Below are positions 10,830-22,700 of a stretch of 64,000 bases of DNA, one piece after another. The DNA lies in contig CM102287.1 of the NCBI GenBank assembly GCA_046563655.1, forward strand, positions 682,001 through 746,000. Reading direction: 5' to 3'. Position 1 is the stretch's first letter. Each line of letters begins with the position of its first letter. The position numbers were made by a program, and so were the translations under genes. This stretch comes from Yuukianura sp. NJ FZ-2021 (lineage: Eukaryota). The notes below the pieces were generated by a model. That model made no database searches and had not been told where the DNA came from. It saw nothing but the letters and a program-made list of their open reading frames with translations.

Positions 10830-11930
10830 AATCGGAAATTTTCCTTTAATCAGGAATTCCTTTAAGCGGAAATTGGTTTTTGAAATCTCTTTAGCGAGAA
10901 TTCCTTAATTGGAAATTTCTTTACGAAAGATCTCTGAATCGAGAATTCCTTAAGTGGAAATGTTTTTACAACAATCTCTGAATTGAGAATTCCTTAAGTG
11001 GAAATTGTTTTATGAAAAGTCTCTGAATCGAGAATTCCTTAATTGGAAATTGTTTTACACAAATCTCTAAAGTGAGAACTCCTTAATTGGAAACTTTCAA
11101 TTTAACTCCTGAATCGGAGATTCCAAATCGGAAATTTCAAAATCGAAAATATTTTTGTCAAATCTTTTCTCTGAATCGAGAATTTTTCCAGAATCGGAAA
11201 TTGTTTAGCTTTTTCAAGTTTAAAATCTCAAAATCGAGATGTTTCTTTAATTGAAGTGTTTAAAAACTTTCTCTGAATTGAGAATTGATTAATCGAATTG
11301 AAAAAGTTTCAAAATCTCTGAATCGAGAATTTCTTTAGAAATGTACACACTTTCAAATCTCTAAATCGAGAAATTCCTTAATCGGAAATCTTTAAAAGTT
11401 TCTCTGAATTGAGAATTTCTTTAATTGAAAAGCACTTCGAATTGTTTAGTTGTTAAAAATCTCAAAATCGAGATATTCCTTAAGTGGAAATGTTTGAAAT
11501 GTTCTCTGAATCGAGAATTTTTAATTGAACATTAATCTTTGAGAATCTCTGAATCGAGATAGTTCTTTAAATTGTCAGCGTTTGTTTTTAAAATCTCTGA
11601 ATCGAGAATTAGTAGTCAGCTGTTTTGAAATCAGAATTGTTGTCAAATGTCAATTGTAGTCAAATGTACAAATGTTCAAATGGAAAGTGAATTTGAATTG
11701 TGTTAAGTGTTTTGTCTCAAAGTGTTTAAAATTTTAAGTTGTAATGTGTGGATTCCTGAATCGGAATTTTGTATTTGTAAAAATGTAGTGGAATTTACAA
11801 TTGTTGAATGGGAAAGTGAATTTTTCTTTTTGTATTTAAATCAGCTGATGTTTAAACTATGTTTTTCCAAAATCGGAAATTTGTATTTTGTATTGTCAAT
11901 TTGTCAATTCCTGAATCGGAATACGGTAAT
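10830..11930. repeat. Degenerate ~44-bp tandem repeat array in the Gypsy 5' UTR
   Basis: Recurring tctctgaatcgagaattccttaa(g/t)tggaaa at about 10887, 10931, 10975, 11020, 11064 and onward, decaying toward 11930. Confidence 0.85.
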
Positions 11931-12424
11931 GTCTTTGTGTGAGGAGTGTGTTTTTGTCTTGCCGTCGTCTCCTTTTATGTAAATTAGCAAAGATAAGAAA
12001 AGCAAACTTTTTAGGAAAATGGCGTCGTGGAGAAAAAGTCTATTTCCTCTTCTTTTTTGACATGAAATGACTCAATTCGATGATTTGTTTAAGTTTTTGA
12101 TGATTTTTCTTTAATTTTTTGATAATTTTATGCTTCAGACGTTGCTCTTTTAATCGTTAAGTGAGTCTCAATCGTTATTTGTTACTTTTTCTGCCTCCTT
12201 TTAAACTTTAAGTTTTAAAATTTGCAAATTTAGACAAACAGACTTTCAAGCGGATAGTGGAGAAGCAATCCAATAACAATGTTTTATGTATGACCTTTAG
12301 AACACTGTCCGTGTTATAATCCGAATCCGAATCTGATGGTAGATGATTGCAAAATGTCGGTTGATGTGTGACGGTTCTCCTTTTCCTTACGTTTTCTGAC
12401 TGCGATGATTTCCAACTTGCAGTG

Positions 12425-12442
12425 TCCGGTCCAAGGGCTCCA
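12425..12442 (-). promoter_or_regulatory. Putative PBS of the Gypsy element
   Basis: Minus strand reads ...TGCCTCA-CG-TGGAGCCCTTGGACCGGA (CA, 2 nt, TGG); cognate tRNA not identified. Confidence 0.55.
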
Positions 12443-12444
12443 CG

Positions 12445-12664
12445 TGAGGCAGACGGAACGTCTCTACTTGACCTCTGACCTAACTGACTCCTATGCTGCC
12501 CTTACTCCAACAAATGAAAAATGAGATGGAAGGCGAAGATCGGTCAGAGAGCTCTGTCTTGGTTGAGGTCTTTATTCTGACTAGCCCTGTCTATATACAA
12601 GTTTTCCCTATCTCTCATCATTTTGAATTGTGTTCCCACTGGGGTCTCACCTTACCCCGTTGCA
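12445..12664 (-). repeat. Putative (possibly truncated) 5' LTR of the Gypsy element
   Basis: Ends in CA next to the PBS-like site; minus-strand TATATA (12592-12597) then AATAAA (12571-12576); abuts the 411-bp repeat. Confidence 0.5.
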
Positions 12665-13708
12665 ATGATTTCACTACAGTAAATAGCTATCCCCCCTAAG
12701 TTCTCTGATGAAGGTTTCTCATCTTGGAGCCATAACATTAGATGCTAGGTGGGGTTGTGGGTATTGCTATAACTTCAATGCAACCTTTGCATGTATTGTT
12801 GGCCATGATTTTAGTAAAGCATTTATTCCAAGGCAAATTGTGCTGATATTTGCCATCGTTACCAACTGGGAACAAATCCATCAAATATCCCTTTGTCATT
12901 TTTGAAAAGTGCCTACTTTTGATATTAAGTTGCGTTGAGTTACTTAGCATACCTATTCGTAAGAAGTATTTATAATGTCAAGCAACTAATTAGTCTCATA
13001 GGCAAGATAGAGCTACATATTTGCAAAGCATAAAGTAATGGGGCTCTCGATACTGGTGTATAAATTTAGAGCCCCATGGTTTCACTACAGTAAATAGCTA
13101 TCCCCGCTAAGTTATCTGATGAAGATTTTTCATCTTGGTGCGCTAACATTAGAGGCTTGGCAGGGTTGTGGTTGTTGCTATAACTTCATTGTAACCTTTG
13201 CACGAATTGTTGGCCATGATTTTTGTAAAGCATTTATTCCAAACCAAATTGTGCTGATATTTGCCATCGTTACCAACTGGGAACAAATCCATCAAATATT
13301 CCTTTGTCATTTTTGAAAAGTGCCTGCTTTTGATATTAAGTTGCGTTGAGTTCCTTATCATACCTATTCGTAAGAAGTATTTATAATGTCAAGCAACTAA
13401 TTAGTCTCATAGGCAAGATAGAGCTACATTATTGCAAAGCATCCAGTAATGGAGCTCTCGATACTGGTGTTTAAATTTAGAGCCCCATGATTTCACTACA
13501 GTAAATAGCTATCCCCCCTAAGTTATCTGATGAAGGTTTTTCATCTTGGAGCCCTAACATTAGAGGCTTGGCAGGGTTGTGGTTGTTGCTATAACTTCAT
13601 TGTAACCTTTGCACGAATTGTTGGCCATGATTTTTGTAAAGCATTTATTCCAAAGCAAATTGTGCTGATATTTGCCATCGTTACCAACTGGGAACAAATC
13701 CATCAAAT
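12665..13708. repeat. 411-bp tandem repeat, about 2.5 copies
   Basis: Units begin atg(a/g)tttcactacagtaaatagctatcccc at about 12665, 13076 and 13487; shadow ORFs recur at exactly 411-bp spacing; the third copy is cut by the satellite. Confidence 0.95.
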
Positions 13709-16700
13709 TCACCGACTTGAAATTGATGTGAGTAGACTTTCAAAGGTGGACATTTAGAAGGGTAGCTTTTCTAAATTTTTAGGGGGTAAAATTGCTCGGC
13801 AAATTCACAAAAATGGCTGTATCTCGAGAAGTGTGGTTTTCCGGTGAAATCTAATTTCGAATTCGGATTCACCGACTTGAAATTGATGTGAGTAGACTTT
13901 CAAAGGTGGACATTTAGAAAGGCAGTTTTTCTAAATTTTTAGGGGGTAAAATTGCTCGGCAAATTCACAAAAACGGCTGTATCTCGAGAAGTGTGGTTTT
14001 CCGGTGAAATCTAATTTCGAATTCGGATTCACCGACTTGAAATTGATGTGAGTAGACTTTCAAAGGTGGACATTTAGAAAGGCAGTTTTTCTAAATTTTT
14101 AGGGGTAAAATTGCTCGGCAAATTCACAAAAACGGCTGTATCTCGAGAAGTGTGGTTTTCCGGTGAAATCTAATTTCGAATTCGGATTCACCGACTTGAA
14201 ATTGATGTGAGTAGACTTTCAAAGGTGGACATTTAGAAAGGCAGTTTTTCTAAATTTTTAGGGGTAAAATTGCTCGGCAAATTCACAAAAACGGCTGTAT
14301 CTCGAGAAGTGTGGTTTTCCGGTGAAATCTAATTTCGAATTCGGATTCACCGACTTGAAATTGATGTGAGTAGACTTTCAAAGGTGGACATTTAGAAAGG
14401 CAGTTTTTCTAAATTTTTAGGGGTAAAATTGCTCGGCAAATTCACAAAAACGGCTGTATCTCGAGAAGTGTGGTTTTCCGGTGAAATCTAATTTCGAATT
14501 CGGATTCACCGACTTGAAATTGATGTGAGTAGACTTTCAAAGGTGGACATTTAGAAAGGCAGTTTTTCTAAATTTTTAATGGGTAAAATTGCTCGGCAAA
14601 TTCACAAAAACGGCTGTATCTCGAGAAGTGTGGTTTTCCGGTGAAATCTAATTTCGAATTCGGATTCACCGACTTGAAATTGATGTGAGTAGACTTTCAA
14701 AGGTGGACATTTAGAAAGGCAGTTTTTCTAAATTTTTAGGGGTAAAATTGCTCGGCAAATTCACAAAAACGGCTGTATCTCGAGAAGTGTGGTTTTCCGG
14801 TGAAATCTAATTTCGAATTCGGATTCACCGACTTGAAATTGATGTGAGTAGACTTTCAAAGGTGGACATTTAGAAAGGCAGTTTTTCTAAATTTTTAGGG
14901 GTAAAATTGCTCGGCAAATTCACAAAAACGGCTGTATCTCGAGAAGTGTGGTTTTCCGGTGAAATCTAATTTCGAATTCGGATTCACCGACTTGAAATTG
15001 ATGTGAGTAGACTTTCAAAGGTGGACATTTAGAAAGGCAGTTTTTCTAAATTTTTAATGGGTAAAATTGCTCGGCAAATTCACAAAAACGGCTGTATCTC
15101 GAGAAGTGTGGTTTTCCGGTGAAATCTAATTTCGAATTCGGATTCACCGACTTGAAATTGATGTGAGTAGACTTTCAAAGGTGGACATTTAGAAAGGCAG
15201 TTTTTCTAAATTTTTAGGGGTAAAATTGCTCGGCAAATTCACAAAAACGGCTGTATCTCGAGAAGTGTGGTTTTCCGGTGAAATCTAATTTCGAATTCGG
15301 ATTCACCGACTTGAAATTGATGTGAGTAGACTTTCAAAGGTGGACATTTAGAAAGGCAGTTTTTCTAAATTTTTAGGGGTAAAATTGCTCGGCAAATTCA
15401 CAAAAACGGCTGTATCTCGAGAAGTGTGGTTTTCCGGTGAAATCTAATTTCGAATTCGGATTCACCGACTTGAAATTGATGTGAGTAGACTTTCAAAGGT
15501 GGACATTTAGAAAGGCAGTTTTTCTAAATTTTTAGGGGTAAAATTGCTCGGCAAATTCACAAAAACGGCTGTATCTCGAGAAGTGTGGTTTTCCGGTGAA
15601 ATCTAATTTCGAATTCGGATTCACCGACTTGAAATTGATGTGAGTAGACTTTCAAAGGTGGACATTTAGAAAGGCAGTTTTTCTAAATTTTTAGGGGTTA
15701 AAATTGCTCGGCAAATTCACAAAAACGGCTGTATCTCGAGAAGTGTGGTTTTCCGGTGAAATCTAATTTCGAATTCGGATTCACCGACTTGAAATTGATG
15801 TGAGTAGACTTTCAAAGGTGGACATTTAGAAAGGCAGTTTTTCTAAATTTTTAATGGGTAAAATTGCTCGGCAAATTCACAAAAACGGCTGTATCTCGAG
15901 AAGTGTGGTTTTCCGGTGAAATCTAATTTCGAATTCGGATTCACCGACTTGAAATTGATGTGAGTAGACTTTCAAAGGTGGACATTTAGAAAGGCAGTTT
16001 TTCTAAATTTTTAGGGGTAAAATTGCTCGGCAAATTCACAAAAACGGCTGTATCTCGAGAAGTGTGGTTTTCCGGTGAAATCTAATTTCGAATTCGGATT
16101 CACCGACTTGAAATTGATGTGAGTAGACTTTCAAAGGTGGACATTTAGAAAGGCAGTTTTTCTAAATTTTTAGGGGTAAAATTGCTCGGCAAATTCACAA
16201 AAACGGCTGTATCTCGAGAAGTGTGGTTTTCCGGTGAAATCTAATTTCGAATTCGGATTCACCGACTTGAAATTGATGTGAGTAGACTTTCAAAGGTGGA
16301 CATTTAGAAAGGCAGTTTTTCTAAATTTTTAGGGGTAAAATTGCTCGGCAAATTCACAAAAACGGCTGTATCTCGAGAAGTGTGGTTTTCCGGTGAAATC
16401 TAATTTCGAATTCGGATTCACCGACTTGAAATTGATGTGAGTAGACTTTCAAAGGTGGACATTTAGAAAGGCAGTTTTTCTAAATTTTTAGGGGTAAAAT
16501 TGCTCGGCAAATTCACAAAAACGGCTGTATCTCGAGAAGTGTGGTTTTCCGGTGAAATCTAATTTCGAATTCGGATTCACCGACTTGAAATTGATGTGAG
16601 TAGACTTTCAAAGGTGGACATTTAGAAAGGCAGTTTTTCTAAATTTTTAATGGGTAAAATTGCTCGGCAAATTCACAAAAACGGCTGTATCTCGAGAAGT

Positions 16701-19700
16701 GTGGTTTTCCGGTGAAATCTAATTTCGAATTCGGATTCACCGACTTGAAATTGATGTGAGTAGACTTTCAAAGGTGGACATTTAGAAAGGCAGTTTTTCT
16801 AAATTTTTAATGGGTAAAATTGCTCGGCAAATTCACAAAAACGGCTGTATCTCGAGAAGTGTGGTTTTCCGGTGAAATCTAATTTCGAATTCGGATTCAC
16901 CGACTTGAAATTGATGTGAGTAGACTTTCAAAGGTGGACATTTAGAAAGGCAGTTTTTCTAAATTTTTAGGGGTAAAATTGCTCGGCAAATTCACAAAAA
17001 CGGCTGTATCTCGAGAAGTGTGGTTTTCCGGTGAAATCTAATTTCGAATTCGGATTCACCGACTTGAAATTGATGTGAGTAGACTTTCAAAGGTGGACAT
17101 TTAGAAAGGCAGTTTTTCTAAATTTTTAGGGGTAAAATTGCTCGGCAAATTCACAAAAACGGCTGTATCTCGAGAAGTGTGGTTTTCCGGTGAAATCTAA
17201 TTTCGAATTCGGATTCACCGACTTGAAATTGATGTGAGTAGACTTTCAAAGGTGGACATTTAGAAAGGCAGTTTTTCTAAATTTTTAGGGGTTAAAATTG
17301 CTCGGCAAATTCACAAAAACGGCTGTATCTCGAGAAGTGTGGTTTTCCGGTGAAATCTAATTTCGAATTCGGATTCACCGACTTGAAATTGATGTGAGTA
17401 GACTTTCAAAGGTGGACATTTAGAAAGGCAGTTTTTCTAAATTTTTAGGGGTAAAATTGCTCGGCAAATTCACAAAAACGGCTGTATCTCGAGAAGTGTG
17501 GTTTTCCGGTGAAATCTAATTTCGAATTCGGATTCACCGACTTGAAATTGATGTGAGTAGACTTTCAAAGGTGGACATTTAGAAAGGCAGTTTTTCTAAA
17601 TTTTTAGGGGTAAAATTGCTCGGCAAATTCACAAAAACGGCTGTATCTCGAGAAGTGTGGTTTTCCGGTGAAATCTAATTTCGAATTCGGATTCACCGAC
17701 TTGAAATTGATGTGAGTAGACTTTCAAAGGTGGACATTTAGAAAGGCAGTTTTTCTAAATTTTTAGGGGTAAAATTGCTCGGCAAATTCACAAAAACGGC
17801 TGTATCTCGAGAAGTGTGGTTTTCCGGTGAAATCTAATTTCGAATTCGGATTCACCGACTTGAAATTGATGTGAGTAGACTTTCAAAGGTGGACATTTAG
17901 AAAGGCAGTTTTTCTAAATTTTTAGGGGTAAAATTGCTCGGCAAATTCACAAAAACGGCTGTATCTCGAGAAGTGTGGTTTTCCGGTGAAATCTAATTTC
18001 GAATTCGGATTCACCGACTTGAAATTGATGTGAGTAGACTTTCAAAGGTGGACATTTAGAAAGGCAGTTTTTCTAAATTTTTAGGGGTAAAATTGCTCGG
18101 CAAATTCACAAAAACGGCTGTATCTCGAGAAGTGTGGTTTTCCGGTGAAATCTAATTTCGAATTCGGATTCACCGACTTGAAATTGATGTGAGTAGACTT
18201 TCAAAGGTGGACATTTAGAAAGGCAGTTTTTCTAAATTTTTAGGGGTAAAATTGCTCGGCAAATTCACAAAAACGGCTGTATCTCGAGAAGTGTGGTTTT
18301 CCGGTGAAATCTAATTTCGAATTCGGATTCACCGACTTGAAATTGATGTGAGTAGACTTTCAAAGGTGGACATTTAGAAAGGCAGTTTTTCTAAATTTTT
18401 AGGGGTAAAATTGCTCGGCAAATTCACAAAAACGGCTGTATCTCGAGAAGTGTGGTTTTCCGGTGAAATCTAATTTCGAATTCGGATTCACCGACTTGAA
18501 ATTGATGTGAGTAGACTTTCAAAGGTGGACATTTAGAAAGGCAGTTTTTCTAAATTTTTAGGGGTAAAATTGCTCGGCAAATTCACAAAAACGGCTGTAT
18601 CTCGAGAAGTGTGGTTTTCCGGTGAAATCTAATTTCGAATTCGGATTCACCGACTTGAAATTGATGTGAGTAGACTTTCAAAGGTGGACATTTAGAAAGG
18701 CAGTTTTTCTAAATTTTTAGGGGTAAAATTGCTCGGCAAATTCACAAAAACGGCTGTATCTCGAGAAGTGTGGTTTTCCGGTGAAATCTAATTTCGAATT
18801 CGGATTCACCGACTTGAAATTGATGTGAGTAGACTTTCAAAGGTGGACATTTAGAAAGGCAGTTTTTCTAAATTTTTAGGGGTTAAAATTGCTCGGCAAA
18901 TTCACAAAAACGGCTGTATCTCGAGAAGTGTGGTTTTCCGGTGAAATCTAATTTCGAATTCGGATTCACCGACTTGAAATTGATGTGAGTAGACTTTCAA
19001 AGGTGGACATTTAGAAAGGCAGTTTTTCTAAATTTTTAGGGGTAAAATTGCTCGGCAAATTCACAAAAACGGCTGTATCTCGAGAAGTGTGGTTTTCCGG
19101 TGAAATCTAATTTCGAATTCGGATTCACCGACTTGAAATTGATGTGAGTAGACTTTCAAAGGTGGACATTTAGAAAGGCAGTTTTTCTAAATTTTTAGGG
19201 GTAAAATTGCTCGGCAAATTCACAAAAACGGCTGTATCTCGAGAAGTGTGGTTTTCCGGTGAAATCTAATTTCGAATTCGGATTCACCGACTTGAAATTG
19301 ATGTGAGTAGACTTTCAAAGGTGGACATTTAGAAAGGCAGTTTTTCTAAATTTTTAATGGGTAAAATTGCTCGGCAAATTCACAAAAATGGCTGTATCTC
19401 GAGAAGTGTGGTTTTCCGGTGAAATCTAATTTCGAATTCGGATTCACCGACTTGAAATTGATGTGAGTAGACTTTCAAAGGTGGACATTTAGAAAGGCAG
19501 TTTTTCTAAATTTTTAGGGGTAAAATTGCTCGGCAAATTCACAAAAACGGCTGTATCTCGAGAAGTGTGGTTTTCCGGTGAAATCTAATTTCGAATTCGG
19601 ATTCACCGACTTGAAATTGATGTGAGTAGACTTTCAAAGGTGGACATTTAGAAAGGCAGTTTTTCTAAATTTTTAGGGGTAAAATTGCTCGGCAAATTCA

Positions 19701-22700
19701 CAAAAACGGCTGTATCTCGAGAAGTGTGGTTTTCCGGTGAAATCTAATTTCGAATTCGGATTCACCGACTTGAAATTGATGTGAGTAGACTTTCAAAGGT
19801 GGACATTTAGAAAGGCAGTTTTTCTAAATTTTTAGGGGTTAAAATTGCTCGGCAAATTCACAAAAACGGCTGTATCTCGAGAAGTGTGGTTTTCCGGTGA
19901 AATCTAATTTCGAATTCGGATTCACCGACTTGAAATTGATGTGAGTAGACTTTCAAAGGTGGACATTTAGAAAGGCAGTTTTTCTAAATTTTTAGGGGGT
20001 AAAATTGCTCGGCAAATTCACAAAAACGGCTGTATCTCGAGAAGTGTGGTTTTCCGGTGAAATCTAATTTCGAATTCGGATTCACCGACTTGAAATTGAT
20101 GTGAGTAGACTTTCAAAGGTGGACATTTAGAAAGGCAGTTTTTCTAAATTTTTAGGGGTAAAATTGCTCGGCAAATTCACAAAAACGGCTGTATCTCGAG
20201 AAGTGTGGTTTTCCGGTGAAATCTAATTTCGAATTCGGATTCACCGACTTGAAATTGATGTGAGTAGACTTTCAAAGGTGGACATTTAGAAAGGCAGTTT
20301 TTCTAAATTTTTAGGGGTAAAATTGCTCGGCAAATTCACAAAAACGGCTGTATCTCGAGAAGTGTGGTTTTCCGGTGAAATCTAATTTCGAATTCGGATT
20401 CACCGACTTGAAATTGATGTGAGTAGACTTTCAAAGGTGGACATTTAGAAAGGCAGTTTTTCTAAATTTTTAGGGGTAAAATTGCTCGGCAAATTCACAA
20501 AAACGGCTGTATCTCGAGAAGTGTGGTTTTCCGGTGAAATCTAATTTCGAATTCGGATTCACCGACTTGAAATTGATGTGAGTAGACTTTCAAAGGTGGA
20601 CATTTAGAAAGGCAGTTTTTCTAAATTTTTAGGGGTAAAATTGCTCGGCAAATTCACAAAAACGGCTGTATCTCGAGAAGTGTGGTTTTCCGGTGAAATC
20701 TAATTTCGAATTCGGATTCACCGACTTGAAATTGATGTGAGTAGACTTTCAAAGGTGGACATTTAGAAAGGCAGTTTTTCTAAATTTTTAGGGGTAAAAT
20801 TGCTCGGCAAATTCACAAAAACGGCTGTATCTCGAGAAGTGTGGTTTTCCGGTGAAATCTAATTTCGAATTCGGATTCACCGACTTGAAATTGATGTGAG
20901 TAGACTTTCAAAGGTGGACATTTAGAAAGGCAGTTTTTCTAAATTTTTAGGGGTTAAAATTGCTCGGCAAATTCACAAAAACGGCTGTATCTCGAGAAGT
21001 GTGGTTTTCCGGTGAAATCTAATTTCGAATTCGGATTCACCGACTTGAAATTGATGTGAGTAGACTTTCAAAGGTGGACATTTAGAAAGGCAGTTTTTCT
21101 AAATTTTTAGGGGTAAAATTGCTCGGCAAATTCACAAAAACGGCTGTATCTCGAGAAGTGTGGTTTTCCGGTGAAATCTAATTTCGAATTCGGATTCACC
21201 GACTTGAAATTGATGTGAGTAGACTTTCAAAGGTGGACATTTAGAAAGGCAGTTTTTCTAAATTTTTAGGGGTAAAATTGCTCGGCAAATTCACAAAAAC
21301 GGCTGTATCTCGAGAAGTGTGGTTTTCCGGTGAAATCTAATTTCGAATTCGGATTCACCGACTTGAAATTGATGTGAGTAGACTTTCAAAGGTGGACATT
21401 TAGAAAGGCAGTTTTTCTAAATTTTTAATGGGTAAAATTGCTCGGCAAATTCACAAAAACGGCTGTATCTCGAGAAGTGTGGTTTTCCGGTGAAATCTAA
21501 TTTCGAATTCGGATTCACCGACTTGAAATTGATGTGAGTAGACTTTCAAAGGTGGACATTTAGAAAGGCAGTTTTTCTAAATTTTTAATGGGTAAAATTG
21601 CTCGGCAAATTCACAAAAACGGCTGTATCTCGAGAAGTGTGGTTTTCCGGTGAAATCTAATTTCGAATTCGGATTCACCGACTTGAAATTGATGTGAGTA
21701 GACTTTCAAAGGTGGACATTTAGAAAGGCAGTTTTTCTAAATTTTTAGGGGTAAAATTGCTCGGCAAATTCACAAAAACGGCTGTATCTCGAGAAGTGTG
21801 GTTTTCCGGTGAAATCTAATTTCGAATTCGGATTCACCGACTTGAAATTGATGTGAGTAGACTTTCAAAGGTGGACATTTAGAAAGGCAGTTTTTCTAAA
21901 TTTTTAGGGGTAAAATTGCTCGGCAAATTCACAAAAACGGCTGTATCTCGAGAAGTGTGGTTTTCCGGTGAAATCTAATTTCGAATTCGGATTCACCGAC
22001 TTGAAATTGATGTGAGTAGACTTTCAAAGGTGGACATTTAGAAAGGCAGTTTTTCTAAATTTTTAGGGGTAAAATTGCTCGGCAAATTCACAAAAACGGC
22101 TGTATCTCGAGAAGTGTGGTTTTCCGGTGAAATCTAATTTCGAATTCGGATTCACCGACTTGAAATTGATGTGAGTAGACTTTCAAAGGTGGACATTTAG
22201 AAAGGCAGTTTTTCTAAATTTTTAGGGGTAAAATTGCTCGGCAAATTCACAAAAACGGCTGTATCTCGAGAAGTGTGGTTTTCCGGTGAAATCTAATTTC
22301 GAATTCGGATTCACCGACTTGAAATTGATGTGAGTAGACTTTCAAAGGTGGACATTTAGAAAGGCAGTTTTTCTAAATTTTTAGGGGTAAAATTGCTCGG
22401 CAAATTCACAAAAACGGCTGTATCTCGAGAAGTGTGGTTTTCCGGTGAAATCTAATTTCGAATTCGGATTCACCGACTTGAAATTGATGTGAGTAGACTT
22501 TCAAAGGTGGACATTTAGAAAGGCAGTTTTTCTAAATTTTTAGGGGTAAAATTGCTCGGCAAATTCACAAAAACGGCTGTATCTCGAGAAGTGTGGTTTT
22601 CCGGTGAAATCTAATTTCGAATTCGGATTCACCGACTTGAAATTGATGTGAGTAGACTTTCAAAGGTGGACATTTAGAAAGGCAGTTTTTCTAAATTTTT

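Larger units (their letters stand above)
4480..12664 (-). mobile_element. Degenerate Ty3/Gypsy (Metaviridae) LTR retrotransposon; outer boundaries uncertain
   Basis: gag with CCHC knuckle followed by PR-RT-RNaseH-IN in Gypsy order, long repeat-rich 5' UTR, PBS-like TGG site and adjacent LTR-like segment. No matching LTR pair was found. Confidence 0.93.

Noticed and set aside
12708..13757. 65-75 aa Cys-containing ORFs in the 411-bp repeat
   Set aside because: Overlapping ORFs on both strands with no known motif and no splice or expression evidence; most likely incidental.
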